A DNA stretch of 64,000 nucleotides from a bacterium (GTDB lineage Bacteria > Patescibacteriota > Saccharimonadia > Saccharimonadales > AWTP1-31). Where the stretch lies: the NCBI GenBank assembly GCA_030426125.1, contig JAUHZB010000001.1:94583-158582 (forward strand). The letters run 5' to 3'. Positions 20,597-31,490 of the stretch are shown in pieces. How positions within the stretch are numbered: position 1 is the first letter of the stretch; each line of letters starts with the position of its first letter. The notes under the pieces were generated by a model. It made no database searches. It was not told where the DNA came from and worked only from the letters and a program-made list of their open reading frames with translations. A program made the position numbers and the translations under genes.

Positions 20597-21876
20597 TTGC
20601 TAATACTCAGGTAGGTTATATTATTCTTTTCGAACTCTTCGCGTTTATCATCAAAACTACTTTTTCCATCGAAGAAAATACTACTAGGCTTTAGTTGTGC
20701 AGGGTTGATGTCTAGAAATTGTTTGTGATTGGTAGCGAGAATAACGATATCTCTGTTTTTTAATGCACTTTCTAGGTCTTTTTCACTAGATTTATCTATA
20801 AATGGGTCGTAGGTCGCAACATCAGCCCCTAGAGACTCTAACTGCTCAATAATGGAATAAGAAGGACTCATGCGATCGTCTGCAACGTTGGGCTTATATG
20901 ATAAGCCCAATACCGCAATGGATTTTCCTTCTAGTGAGCCGGAATCGCCTTTTTCAGTTAATGAATCAATAATATTATCTACTACAAATTTTGGCATTCC
21001 TTCGTTTATTGATCTGGCAAGTTTAAGAAATTCATGGTTGAATCCCTTACCTTTAGCGTATTCAATTAAATAGTAGGGGTCGACTGGTATACAGTGACCA
21101 CCAACCCCAATTCCGGGGTAGTGGGCTAAGAAAGCAAATGGTTTAGTAGCCGCACCATCGATAACATTATTGATGTTTATACCTAGTTTATTGAAGGACA
21201 TCGCTAACTCATTTACGAATGCTATATTTATATCCCTAAATGAATTCTCGACGATTTTAACAGCCTCAGCTTCCTTAAGACTACCCATTTTCATAACTTC
21301 AGCATCAACCAGATTTGAATAGAATTGGTGAGCCAGCTTTAGTCCTTCGTCAGTACTTGCACCAACAACACGATTAATATTGCTTACATTCCATTTAGGA
21401 TCGCCAGGGTTTATTCTTTCTGGGCAATGAGCCAGGTATATTGATTTTCCTACCTGGTGATCAGTTTCATTTTCAATGAGCGGAATAATAACTTCATCGC
21501 AAACACCAGGATTAATGGTTGACTCAATCACTAGCAAGCTACCATCTTTCATTAAAGGTGTAGTTGACTTAACAGCATTGATGACTGGCTGAAGATCAGG
21601 AGTTTTATTCTCATCTACAGGTGTGGGAACGCAAATGACAACCGCATCAGCGTCTTTAACTTGATCAAATTTATTAGTGAATAATATATTGCTGTCATTT
21701 AATTGCTCGGTTATTAGTGGTTCGTCAATTGAAGTGTTTTTATTGTTCAGGTTTTCTATTTTATTTGTGTCGAGGTCAATCCCAGTAACTGAAAAACCTT
21801 TTTTCTCAGCCAATAATGATAAGGGTAAACCTACATATCCCAGCCCAATTACTGCGATTCTTTTTATACTATTCAT
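20593..21876 (-). CDS. UDP-N-acetylhexosamine dehydrogenase (WecC/WbpA family)
   Basis: GLGYVG, CPERINPG, ENSFRDINIA, GVGGHCIPVDP motifs. Confidence 0.92.
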   Translation of the reverse strand: MNSIKRIAVIGLGYVGLPLSLLAEKKGFSVTGIDLDTNKIENLNNKNTSIDEPLITEQLNDSNILFTNKFDQVKDADAVVICVPTPVDENKTPDLQPVINAVKSTTPLMKDGSLLVIESTINPGVCDEVIIPLIENETDHQVGKSIYLAHCPERINPGDPKWNVSNINRVVGASTDEGLKLAHQFYSNLVDAEVMKMGSLKEAEAVKIVENSFRDINIAFVNELAMSFNKLGININNVIDGAATKPFAFLAHYPGIGVGGHCIPVDPYYLIEYAKGKGFNHEFLKLARSINEGMPKFVVDNIIDSLTEKGDSGSLEGKSIAVLGLSYKPNVADDRMSPSYSIIEQLESLGADVATYDPFIDKSSEKDLESALKNRDIVILATNHKQFLDINPAQLKPSSIFFDGKSSFDDKREEFEKNNITYLSISN

Positions 21877-21926
21877 CAAATTTAGTATAAACTAAATACA
21901 GATAATGAGCTAAAAAAAGAGGTTAA

Positions 21927-22895
21927 ATGAAGTTAGTAATATTTACAATCTGTAAAGATGAATCTAGTACATTGAAAGAATTACTAGACCGCATGCCGAG
22001 CAAAATTGCTGGTGTTTCAAAAATTGAAACCTTAGTCATAAGTGATGGTAGTACTGATAATACGGCGCAAGTTGCTAGAGATAATGGAGCAACAAAAGTT
22101 ATTGAGGGCGTAACACAGAAACGTCTAGCTTACCGTTTCCAGCAAGCAATAGATACTGTCTTGGAAATGGGTGCTGATTTAGCGGTAAATATTGACGGCG
22201 ATCTACAGTTTGCGCCGGAAGATATTCCTAAACTACTAGAGCCTGTAGTTACTAAAGATTATGACTTCGTAGCCGCTGACAGATTTACTGATCCTAAAAC
22301 GAATATGCGACGTAGGCCGGATAACATGCCCAAGACGAAATATTGGGCTAATAGGTTAGGGGCTAAGATTGTAGGTAGCTTATCCGGCCAAAACTTTCGA
22401 GACGTTACCTGTGGGTTTAGAGCATACAACAAGAAAGCGATGCTGGCTATCAATATAAACAGCAACTATACCTACACCCAAGAGTCATTTCAGGTATTGG
22501 CTATCAAGAAGATGAATATCACATCAGTTCCAATTTTAGTTAAATATTATCCTGGTCGAAAATCGCGGGTGGTGCGTAGTTTTTGGCAGTTCTTGTTTGG
22601 AAGCGCTCTGAATATTTTGCGGGCTTACCGTGATTATGCACCCTTAAAATTTTTTGGTATAGCTAGCGCGCTGTGTCTAATGCCAGGTGTGATTATTGGT
22701 GGCTTTGTGGCTTGGCACTGGGCTACAACCGGTGCAATTAGCCCTTATATCGCTTTTGGGATTATTGCTTTGTTCTTAGTTAGCGTAGGCATCTTGCTTG
22801 GTATATTAGGCCTAGTCGCTGATATGTTTGATAGGATGTTAAATAACCAAGAAAAGATTATTGAACAAAACAAACGACAGAGATACGATAGTTAA
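21927..22895 (+). CDS. Polyprenol-phosphate glycosyltransferase (GT2, DPM1/GtrB-like, two C-terminal TM helices)
   Basis: SDGSTD, IDGDLQF, DVTCGFRAY motifs; C-terminal TM pair. Confidence 0.88.
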   Translation: MKLVIFTICKDESSTLKELLDRMPSKIAGVSKIETLVISDGSTDNTAQVARDNGATKVIEGVTQKRLAYRFQQAIDTVLEMGADLAVNIDGDLQFAPEDIPKLLEPVVTKDYDFVAADRFTDPKTNMRRRPDNMPKTKYWANRLGAKIVGSLSGQNFRDVTCGFRAYNKKAMLAININSNYTYTQESFQVLAIKKMNITSVPILVKYYPGRKSRVVRSFWQFLFGSALNILRAYRDYAPLKFFGIASALCLMPGVIIGGFVAWHWATTGAISPYIAFGIIALFLVSVGILLGILGLVADMFDRMLNNQEKIIEQNKRQRYDS

Positions 22896-23809
22896 TTAAA
22901 TTCCGACCAGGGGGATCGTTTTTTTGTGAGCTTAGTTAGTAGCTTAACGTCAGGTTTATAATGTTTTACTATTTGTTTGTATAATTTCGTGGTACTGTCT
23001 AATTTTGTGTTGTCTGGTTTTGCATTCCAACTATTAATATTAACCTCTATAATTTTTCGGAGCTTATAGGGTAGTATTGTGCGGTAGGTTTGTCGGAGAA
23101 GTGGTATTTTATAAGTATATTTTTGAGTAAGCAGTGGTATTTTTGGTTTCATGCCTCCTGGGTTAGCCTTTTGATCGTATTTCAAGTTCACATCTGCACT
23201 GGCCCCAATGAATTTTAGTAGCTCTTTAACCACCTTTTCTGGGTTCTTAACTAGATCTTCAAAAAACAGAACTTTGATGTTTCTTGCATCAAAATTTTGG
23301 TAGTAGGGTTTAAGTAGCTTGCCATATTCACTGCCAAATAATGGTAGGGTTTTATAGTCCCAATTATTGTTTCTTAATTTCTCAACATTTTTGCTAGATA
23401 TTAAATTAGTCATATGCTCATCGAATGATTCGGTTATGCCATATCTTCTAACGCCGGATTTGTAGTGAGAGAATGCTCTTTTTATAGGGTGGCGCATTAT
23501 TACAATTAGTTTAACTTTAGGATTATGTTTCTTGATCTGTTTGGCGGTGTTGTTAATAGAATGACCACCGCGGTAGTACATATATTGTGGTGTTACAGTA
23601 CCCCAGAGATTTTGCTCTTCTGATTGGTTAAAGTGTTGAGATAAGTACCAGTCTGAACCTTTTTCCAGCAGTTTGTCGTCATTAAAAAAGGGAACTTCCT
23701 TAGCTTTAGGTAGAGATATATTGGGATGATCCTTTAATATCTCATGAAGTGATGTTGTGCCTGACTTGGCAGCTCCTATTACAATAAAATCTAACTTATT
23801 TTTAGCCAT
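22892..23809 (-). CDS. PAPS-dependent sulfotransferase
   Basis: 5'-PSB loop IGAAKSGTTSL, KEVPFF, 3'-PB RHPIKRAFSHY. Confidence 0.92.
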   Translation of the reverse strand: MAKNKLDFIVIGAAKSGTTSLHEILKDHPNISLPKAKEVPFFNDDKLLEKGSDWYLSQHFNQSEEQNLWGTVTPQYMYYRGGHSINNTAKQIKKHNPKVKLIVIMRHPIKRAFSHYKSGVRRYGITESFDEHMTNLISSKNVEKLRNNNWDYKTLPLFGSEYGKLLKPYYQNFDARNIKVLFFEDLVKNPEKVVKELLKFIGASADVNLKYDQKANPGGMKPKIPLLTQKYTYKIPLLRQTYRTILPYKLRKIIEVNINSWNAKPDNTKLDSTTKLYKQIVKHYKPDVKLLTKLTKKRSPWSEFN

Positions 23810-25134
23810 TTTGCTGTTGCCTTAAATGGTAGTGACCATATTCCTAAATTTTTCTTAACTAAGTATAACAAAGCAATGTTTTTAACGGCAATCGTTGTTG
23901 TGACAGCAATGCCTGCTCCAAGCACACCTAGTATTGGAACCAGGGTAAAGGTTAGGATGGCATTTAATAACAGAACAGTAAGGCCAATCGTTACTGCTAA
24001 GGATTTTTCATAGCCAGTCATAGCTAATAGATAACTCACTGAACCAACGCCAAGGTTTACAACTTGAGCAATAACTAAAATCCTAAGTACTGAAGCTCCA
24101 TCTGTGAAGTCCGACCCAAATAAGCCAAGCACTAGATCAGGGAAGATCAGCATGAATAGGATAAGAGGGGTTGCTAGAAGAAGCGCAAGAGCTGCGGTTT
24201 TGCTGGCCATTGTCTCTAGCTTCTTTCGGTACTTAATATCCTGAAGCTCAGCTATTTTAGTGGTTGCTATAGCATTAATACCAGTTAGAATTACAGATAG
24301 AAGCATTGAGACTTTGAGGGCAATATTAAACACACCAACTGCTTCAGCGTCTAGAACAATTCCCAGCACCGCAATATTAAGCTGTCCTGTCATCTGATTA
24401 GAAAATTCTACAAATAACAATGGTGCTGCAATTAATAGCAAAGTTTTTTTGTTGAAAAGTTTTGGGGTACTGTTTCTTGGGATATATTTTCTTAGTAAGA
24501 AATACCCAAATAAAGAACTTAATAATACACCAATAGTAAAACCTATTACTGCACCGCTTAGGCCAAACCTAGAGCCTAAAACTAATATTGAAAAAGCCCC
24601 AAGTATGTATACGATGACTCTTTCAAGGAATACTGATTCTCGAATCTTTTTTAGGCCTCTTAAGAATCCAGCCTGAACGAAAATAGTAGACATGGCTGGA
24701 ATTGCTATAGCGAACCATCGTAAGTACTGTTGAAGCTGGGGTTGTTTGAATACTTTATCAGCTATTAATGGAGCACTTACAAAGACTAGTATCCCGAGAG
24801 ATGTTGAGATAATAGTAGTAAGCTTGAAAGCTGTTTTTTCTAATCCATGTAGACTTGCGTGGTCTTTGTCTTTAACAAGCTTAGGTATGTACTTAACAAC
24901 TGCTCGGTTAAAACCAAGTCTGCCCACCAGGGCTAGAACAGCAAGAACTGAGAAGGCAAGATAGAATAGTCCTGCTCCTTCAGCTCCGAAATTCCTGGCT
25001 AGTAGCAAGTCAAAAATGAATTGAGCACCGGCTGCTAGGCCAAACATTATTAGTGCCCAGGCAGAGTGTTTTAGGATTTCACCGAAATCTTTATCACCGG
25101 TTTTTAGTTGTTTTGGTAGGTATTTCATCATCAT
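23791..25134 (-). CDS. Wzx/MOP-family flippase
   Basis: 12+ TM helices; LARNFGAEGAGLF and VGVFNIALKV motifs. Confidence 0.88.
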   Translation of the reverse strand: MMMKYLPKQLKTGDKDFGEILKHSAWALIMFGLAAGAQFIFDLLLARNFGAEGAGLFYLAFSVLAVLALVGRLGFNRAVVKYIPKLVKDKDHASLHGLEKTAFKLTTIISTSLGILVFVSAPLIADKVFKQPQLQQYLRWFAIAIPAMSTIFVQAGFLRGLKKIRESVFLERVIVYILGAFSILVLGSRFGLSGAVIGFTIGVLLSSLFGYFLLRKYIPRNSTPKLFNKKTLLLIAAPLLFVEFSNQMTGQLNIAVLGIVLDAEAVGVFNIALKVSMLLSVILTGINAIATTKIAELQDIKYRKKLETMASKTAALALLLATPLILFMLIFPDLVLGLFGSDFTDGASVLRILVIAQVVNLGVGSVSYLLAMTGYEKSLAVTIGLTVLLLNAILTFTLVPILGVLGAGIAVTTTIAVKNIALLYLVKKNLGIWSLPFKATAKWLKIS

Positions 25135-25139
25135 TATTA

Positions 25140-25844
25140 TTAATTGTTGTCACTGAATGTATCATCAAGCGACAGATGGTCTTCTATGAATGCCTCAGCA
25201 GCGTATAGGTCGGGTTTAAATGTTATTTTAAATAACCATGGGCTTCCTTCAACATGGCGCACTTTATGACCTAGAAGCCTAATGGTTTCTGGTATGTGTA
25301 TGTATTTATCGCCAAATTTATGTAAGGCCTCTTGAAGTGTGTCAGTATGGAATCCTTGTGGTGTTTGAATCTCACGGTACTTATCTCTATCAGGGGTTGA
25401 TTGTAGATAGCCATCATCGTCCACCACCAGTGAGTTTTTTATAGAAAGGACCGGATAGGCACATTTGTAATCATGTAATTCGTCGATAATATCAGAGGTT
25501 ATTTCTTTATTTAAAAATGGCCTACTTGCATCGTGTAGTAAAACAAATTTAGTATCAATATTATCAATTACATTTACCAGTGACTTTGACCTTGAGTTAC
25601 TTGCTTTAACTAACTGAATATTAGGAAACTTTTCCTTTAAGAACGTAGCATCTTCAATTTCTGTAACAATAACTATGATATTGCTGAAAAGCGGGTAGGT
25701 GGTTTCCAGTGAATATTCAATTACTTTCTTACCTCTTATATCTAGATACTGTTTAGGGGTATTCATGCCAGTGCGTTTACCACGACCACCAGCTAGCAGT
25801 ATTAGTGTTGCATTATCGAAATTTGAGGTATTTTGTTTATTCAT
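25140..25844 (-). CDS. IspD/TarI-family cytidylyltransferase
   Basis: LAGGRGKR, PKQY, HDASRPF, QTPQGF, KIT motifs. Confidence 0.9.
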   Translation of the reverse strand: MNKQNTSNFDNATLILLAGGRGKRTGMNTPKQYLDIRGKKVIEYSLETTYPLFSNIIVIVTEIEDATFLKEKFPNIQLVKASNSRSKSLVNVIDNIDTKFVLLHDASRPFLNKEITSDIIDELHDYKCAYPVLSIKNSLVVDDDGYLQSTPDRDKYREIQTPQGFHTDTLQEALHKFGDKYIHIPETIRLLGHKVRHVEGSPWLFKITFKPDLYAAEAFIEDHLSLDDTFSDNN

Positions 25845-27040
25845 CTAATAATTTCTTTTATTGTCTCAAAGTATCTTGCTGAGCTCTTACCATCTAGTGT
25901 ATCACCCCAGACTTTTTTTCGAACCCGATCCATTTCTTTGTTGTATTTTTTTAAGTACTTAGCTGGGTTGGATAGAGATTCGGATAACTGTTTATTGAAA
26001 GCAGTAAAATCTTCGGTTTTAGCACCAGCTCTATCGGCTGGCGTCAGGGTGTAGCCATAAAAAGTTGGCTTAGTATCGATGAATATCACTGGCTTATTAG
26101 TTTTCATTGCAATAAAATCGGTATAGATGGATGACCAGTCGGTGATAAGTACATCTACTAAATGAAGTAGTGGTTTGATGTCCATATCCCCTTTGCTAGA
26201 TACTATTCTTAATCCTGGAAGATTTTCTGGTAATTTGAAGGTGCTGTTTAAATGGGGTAGTAATAGTATTAAGCTATTTTGCTTGAGGGCAATATTATTT
26301 AGTTCCTCTAAGAACTTCTCACCAGGCATATCGAACGAAGAAAACAGCTCTTGATTCTTGCTGTTCCAGGTCGGGGCGTACAGAACAATCTTTTTCTTTT
26401 TGTTAATGTCTTTAAGTCCGAATGTTTCACGAATATTTTGTAGCTCCTTCTGGTTTGGGGCTTTTGTGAGTGAGTCTACCTGTGAATATCCAGTAACGAA
26501 TAATTGCTTTTCGCTGTAACCCCAGCCTTTATGGAATTTTTTAAATTCTGGCGAGGAGACAAACACTGCATCATAAAATAATCGTGGAATAGTTTCTTCT
26601 TTGGTGCGGTTTTTGAATCCGGCTCCATGCCAAAATTCAACAAATAATGGGCGTCTTTTACTGTTTTTCCATGGACCCAAGAAAGCTGGACCATGGGATG
26701 TGCAAATTACTTGTGATGTTGCTAGTCTCTTTAAGTGATTTAAATTTTGCAATGAGTATGTGGACATGGTGTTATCAGTATTCTTGAGTCGTTTATAGTG
26801 AGCAGGGTCATCAGTGAAAAAATCTACTTGGTATTCATTTTGGTTAGCAATTAACCACTCGCCAAAAGACTTTAAGTTGCCGTTGAGTCGATGACCAACT
26901 AAAGAAATACGTTTTTGTTTTTTAAGGTGTAGAGTTAGGAATGCTAGTTTAGCGATGTGGGCAAATACAACTCCAGCTATATATTTTTTTATAACAACAG
27001 GTAATGGGTGTTTCTTTTTTCCAATACGAATACTAATCAT
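25841..27040 (-). CDS. TagF/TagB-family CDP-polyol phosphotransferase
   Basis: FWHGAGFK, TGY, VLYAPTW, LITDWSSIYTDF, DGKSSAR motifs. Confidence 0.88.
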   Translation of the reverse strand: MISIRIGKKKHPLPVVIKKYIAGVVFAHIAKLAFLTLHLKKQKRISLVGHRLNGNLKSFGEWLIANQNEYQVDFFTDDPAHYKRLKNTDNTMSTYSLQNLNHLKRLATSQVICTSHGPAFLGPWKNSKRRPLFVEFWHGAGFKNRTKEETIPRLFYDAVFVSSPEFKKFHKGWGYSEKQLFVTGYSQVDSLTKAPNQKELQNIRETFGLKDINKKKKIVLYAPTWNSKNQELFSSFDMPGEKFLEELNNIALKQNSLILLLPHLNSTFKLPENLPGLRIVSSKGDMDIKPLLHLVDVLITDWSSIYTDFIAMKTNKPVIFIDTKPTFYGYTLTPADRAGAKTEDFTAFNKQLSESLSNPAKYLKKYNKEMDRVRKKVWGDTLDGKSSARYFETIKEIIR

Positions 27041-27203
27041 TTCTCTAATAAAATACTACAATTGTCCGAGTAAGTATAATTTTATTAGTTCGGTGATTTT
27101 ACAACACCGACAACTGTTGCGCACAATAGCTCAAGGAAGTAACATATACAGTGCACGGTTAGAATAAACCAAAACATTATTGCTTGTCTAGAGAGGGTTA
27201 CTA

Positions 27204-28928
27204 ATGACAAAGAGGCAGAAGAAAACAGCGGGTGAACTAGTCGATTTAATAGTCGATCACAAAGAGTCAGAAAAGATAAAGAAACAAGCTAGAAACTACA
27301 AGAGTTGGGATCTATCGCCAAGGCAGATATGTGATGTCGAAATGATAATTAACGGCGCCTTTTCTCCGCTGACAGGTTTCCTGAATAAAAAAGACTATCT
27401 TTCTGTCTGCAAAGATATGCGTTTGGCTAATGGATCATTATGGCCAATGCCAATTACCCTAGATGTAGATAAAGAGTTTGGCTCTCCCCTTAAAAAGGGT
27501 GAAAAGATAGCACTCAGAGACCAGGAAGGCGTAATCTTAGCAATTCTTGAAGTTGGAGACGTTTGGAAACCAGACAAAAGCAAAGAAGCAGAGCAAGTAT
27601 TTGGCTTGGATGATCAAGCACACCCGGCAGTAAATTATCTTCATAATATTGCCGGCGAGTATTACGTAGGCGGAAAGTTAACTGGACTTGAATTACCATC
27701 CTATTACGATTTTAAAGAACTCAGGCTTACCCCAGCAGAACTAAGGGCTCGTTTTGATAAACTTGGTTGGACAAAGGTAGTTGCTTTCCAGACCAGGAAT
27801 CCGATGCACCGAGCTCATGTGGAGTTAACTTTAAGGGCTGCAAAGAAAACTGAAGCAAACTTATTGATTCACCCCGTAGTAGGAATGACAAAGCCTGGCG
27901 ACATTGATCATTATACTAGAGTTAGAATCTACAAGAAGCTTAAGGACAGATATCCATCATCAACTGCTATGATTTCACTCCTACCATTAGCTATGAGAAT
28001 GGGTGGACCTAGAGAAGCCGTCTGGCACGCCATTATTCGTAAAAACTACGGAGTAACGCACTTTATTGTTGGCCGTGACCATGCTGGTCCTGGTAAAAAC
28101 TCTAAAGGTGAAGATTTCTATGGACCGTATGATGCTCAGGATTTAATAGAAAAATACAAGGATGAAATTGGAGTGGAAATTGTTCCATTCCAGATGATGG
28201 TATATGTACCAAGTAAAGATGACTATATGGCCATTGATGAGGTTCCAAAAAGCGAAGAATTTGCCAGTATCTCAGGAACAGAGCAACGTGAACGTTTGTC
28301 TAAAGGTAAGGAATTACCAGAATGGTTTACTTACCCAGAAGTAGAGCAAGAACTTCGCAGAACTACTAAGCCTTTGCACCAAAGAGGTTTTACTATATTA
28401 TTCACCGGTTTATCTGGTTCCGGAAAGTCAACAATTGCTAATGCACTTAGAATAAAGTTGCTAGAGCAGGGAGATAAAACGGTTTCATTGCTGGATGGAG
28501 ATATTGTTAGGAAAAACTTATCCTCCGAGCTAGGATTTAGCAAAGAACATAGAGATCTAAACGTTCTTAGGATTGGCTACGTTGCATCAGAAATTGCGAA
28601 ACATGGTGGAGTGGCTATTTGTGCGCCAATTGCTCCATACGACAAAACCCGTAAACAAGTAAAAGATATGGTTGAACAAGCCGGCGGTAAGTTTGTGCTT
28701 GTTCATGTCGCCACACCTCTTGAAGTCTGTGAAAAAAGAGATCGAAAAGGCCTTTACGCAGCTGCCAGAGCTGGAAAAATTAAAGAGTTTACCGGGATCT
28801 CAGATCCATATGAAGCGCCAGACGATGCTGACTTGGTATTAAATACGGTAGACACCACACCAGAAGCATTAGCCCAAGAAGTCTTGTTGCATCTAGAAAA
28901 AGAAGGCTTATTAAGCGATGATGCGTAG
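27204..28928 (+). CDS. sat/cysC: Bifunctional sulfate adenylyltransferase/APS kinase (Sat-CysC, PAPS synthase)
   Basis: [41 protein letters not shown] motifs. Confidence 0.97.
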   Translation: MTKRQKKTAGELVDLIVDHKESEKIKKQARNYKSWDLSPRQICDVEMIINGAFSPLTGFLNKKDYLSVCKDMRLANGSLWPMPITLDVDKEFGSPLKKGEKIALRDQEGVILAILEVGDVWKPDKSKEAEQVFGLDDQAHPAVNYLHNIAGEYYVGGKLTGLELPSYYDFKELRLTPAELRARFDKLGWTKVVAFQTRNPMHRAHVELTLRAAKKTEANLLIHPVVGMTKPGDIDHYTRVRIYKKLKDRYPSSTAMISLLPLAMRMGGPREAVWHAIIRKNYGVTHFIVGRDHAGPGKNSKGEDFYGPYDAQDLIEKYKDEIGVEIVPFQMMVYVPSKDDYMAIDEVPKSEEFASISGTEQRERLSKGKELPEWFTYPEVEQELRRTTKPLHQRGFTILFTGLSGSGKSTIANALRIKLLEQGDKTVSLLDGDIVRKNLSSELGFSKEHRDLNVLRIGYVASEIAKHGGVAICAPIAPYDKTRKQVKDMVEQAGGKFVLVHVATPLEVCEKRDRKGLYAAARAGKIKEFTGISDPYEAPDDADLVLNTVDTTPEALAQEVLLHLEKEGLLSDDA

Positions 28929-28970
28929 TTCATCAACTGTAATTGTTGGCTACAGCTATAGGTTTAATTA

Positions 28971-29777
28971 ATGAAGGATGCTGATTTAATTAAATTACTT
29001 CCAGTTATTGAACAAATTGCTGTGAATGCTGGTGAACGTATATTAGATATATATAATTCTGATGATTTTGAAGTACAGATTAAAGCAGATAGCTATAACT
29101 CCCCACTCACTAAAGCAGACAAGATTTCTAACGATGAAATAACAGCAGAATTAGGGGAAGTATCAGATTACCAGGTTGTTTCCGAAGAAAATAACGTTGA
29201 AGCAGATAAAACCAAACCTTTTTGGTTAATAGACCCGCTTGATGGAACAAAAGAATTCGTCAAACGAAACGGAGAATTCACTGTGAATATTGCATTAATC
29301 GTTGACGCCAAACCAGTACTCGGCGTTGTTTATGCGCCTGTTCTAAGCACTACTTATAGTGGTGCCAGTGATAAGGCGTATAAAATTGTCGAAGGTAAAA
29401 AAAATGCCATCAGATCAGTAGCGAACGATAAGATTCCAACAATAGTAACAAGCAGATCGCATAAGGATGAAATAACTCAGAAACTTCTGGATAGGATAGG
29501 GGAATATAATGAAATATGCATGGGGTCTTCTTTGAAACTTTGTTTAGTAGCTGAAGGAAAGGCTATGCTATATCCAAGACTAGCCCCGACGTATCCTTGG
29601 GATACAGCGGCTGCAGATGCTGTAGTCAGGTCCGCTGGAGGTAGAGTGACCAACACAGAAGGCAATGACCTAGACTATGGTGTTGATAGGAACATCAAGA
29701 ACCCGTTTTTTATTGTAGCTAGCAAAAACGCTATTAACTGGCAGGAGTTATTGAGCTCAATCCTACCGAAAAGCTAG
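28971..29777 (+). CDS. cysQ: 3'(2'),5'-bisphosphate nucleotidase
   Basis: SPLTKAD, DPLDGTKEF, GSSLK, WDTAA motifs. Confidence 0.95.
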   Translation: MKDADLIKLLPVIEQIAVNAGERILDIYNSDDFEVQIKADSYNSPLTKADKISNDEITAELGEVSDYQVVSEENNVEADKTKPFWLIDPLDGTKEFVKRNGEFTVNIALIVDAKPVLGVVYAPVLSTTYSGASDKAYKIVEGKKNAIRSVANDKIPTIVTSRSHKDEITQKLLDRIGEYNEICMGSSLKLCLVAEGKAMLYPRLAPTYPWDTAAADAVVRSAGGRVTNTEGNDLDYGVDRNIKNPFFIVASKNAINWQELLSSILPKS

Positions 29778-29784
29778 TTTTTAT

Positions 29785-30642
29785 TTAACTTATATTAGTT
29801 AGGTACTTACCATAGCCGCTTTTCACAAGTGGCTCAGCTAATGCCTGTAATTGATCTTTACTAATGAAGCCCTCACGGTAAGCGACTTCCTCCGGGCATC
29901 CAATCTTAAGTCCGGTTCTTTTCTCGATAACTCGGATGTACTCAGAAGCATCACTCATTGAACTAAATGTTCCAGTATCTAGCCATGCAGTTCCTCGGTC
30001 AAGTAAAGAAACCTTTAGCTTACCTTTTTGCAAGTAGGCATCAAGGACTGAGGTGATTTCTACTTCTCCACGTTCACTAGGCTGAACATTTTTTGCAATT
30101 TCAACAACCTCATTATCGCAAAAATAAAGGCCAGCATTAGCAAAATTAGACTTTGGATTTTTGGGTTTCTCTTCAATCGATAGAACGTTCATATTTCGAT
30201 CAAATTCATAAACACCATAGCGCTCCGGATCAACTACCTGAGCGGCAAATCCTATGGCGCCATCAACATTTGTGTATCTTTTTAGCTGTGCGTCCATATT
30301 TGTTCCATGAAATAGATTGTCACCTAAAATCATTGCAACCTTGTCTTTACCAATGAAATCTTCACCAATGATGAAAGCTTGGGCAAGTCCTTCTGGTTTG
30401 GGCTGTACGGCATACTGTAAGTTGATGCCCCAGTCTGAACCATCACCAAGTAGTCGTTTGAATTGATCCTGATCATGGGGAGTAGTAATAATTAATATGT
30501 CTTTAATCCCAGCTAACATAAGGGTGCTAAGTGGGTAATAGATCATCGGCTTATCGTAAATTGGGATTAACTGCTTAGATACGCCTTTGGTTATTGGATA
30601 TAATCTAGTGCCTGATCCACCGGCTAGTATGATGCCTTTCAT
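29785..30642 (-). CDS. rfbA: Glucose-1-phosphate thymidylyltransferase
   Basis: [35 protein letters not shown] motifs. Confidence 0.97.
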   Translation of the reverse strand: MKGIILAGGSGTRLYPITKGVSKQLIPIYDKPMIYYPLSTLMLAGIKDILIITTPHDQDQFKRLLGDGSDWGINLQYAVQPKPEGLAQAFIIGEDFIGKDKVAMILGDNLFHGTNMDAQLKRYTNVDGAIGFAAQVVDPERYGVYEFDRNMNVLSIEEKPKNPKSNFANAGLYFCDNEVVEIAKNVQPSERGEVEITSVLDAYLQKGKLKVSLLDRGTAWLDTGTFSSMSDASEYIRVIEKRTGLKIGCPEEVAYREGFISKDQLQALAEPLVKSGYGKYLTNIS

Positions 30643-31490
30643 TGCCTCTCCTTTTTAATGTATTTTACTAGATCTTCCTTCCAGTCGTTAGGCCGGAAGC
30701 CAGTCTGCTTAATCTTGCTTAAATTTAGACTACTAAATTTAGGGCGAGGTGCTATACCTTCTTTATCTTTGTAGTAATCTTCAGTAGAAATATCGGTAAC
30801 CTTGTTGCCTAAATCGGCGGATTTGTATATTTCCCTAGTCACATCAGCCCAGCTAACCGCCTGACCATCATTGGTTACATTATATGTTCCAAACTCAAGT
30901 TGGTTTGTTAGTAAATGGTCGATTGCCCGAACTAATTCGTCTGTAAAGGTAAGTCTACCAATTTGGTCATTGACTACACTTGGATCGATACCTTTTTCAG
31001 CTACGCTAAGCATGGTACGAACAAAGTTTTTACCCTCACCGATAACCCAACTAGTGCGTAGGATATAGTGGCTCGGGAGCGATTGGACTAGTAGATCACC
31101 AGCTGCTTTACTTGCCCCATATACACTGAGTGGTGAAAATTCTTCGTCTTCAGTGTGATTATCTTGACTGCCGTCAAAAACATAATCCGATGAGATATGG
31201 ACTAGAGTGATGTTTTTTTCTCGGCAAACTTGGCTAAGATTTCCAATAGCCGTGGCGTTTACTTTCCAGGCTGAGACACGACCTTCATTAGTTTCAGCTC
31301 CATCTACATTGGTATAAGCAGCTGCATTAATAATGGTTTTGATGTTTGACCAGTCGTAATCCTTTACTGATTTTGGGTCAGTAATATCCAACTCTGCTAT
31401 ATCGGCAAACTTAGCGTCAGGATACTTTGCTCGGAGTGCGGTACCTAGCTGACCGTTGGCACCTGTAATAAAAATCTGTTTACTGTTCAC
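30639..31490 (-). CDS. rfbD: dTDP-4-dehydrorhamnose reductase
   Basis: [28 protein letters not shown] motifs. Confidence 0.95.
   Translation of the reverse strand: MNSKQIFITGANGQLGTALRAKYPDAKFADIAELDITDPKSVKDYDWSNIKTIINAAAYTNVDGAETNEGRVSAWKVNATAIGNLSQVCREKNITLVHISSDYVFDGSQDNHTEDEEFSPLSVYGASKAAGDLLVQSLPSHYILRTSWVIGEGKNFVRTMLSVAEKGIDPSVVNDQIGRLTFTDELVRAIDHLLTNQLEFGTYNVTNDGQAVSWADVTREIYKSADLGNKVTDISTEDYYKDKEGIAPRPKFSSLNLSKIKQTGFRPNDWKEDLVKYIKKERQ

Noticed and set aside
25140..25844. Calling this gene ispD of the MEP pathway
   Set aside because: Its context next to a TagF-like gene and a flippase favours a polymer-precursor role; no other MEP genes are in the window.
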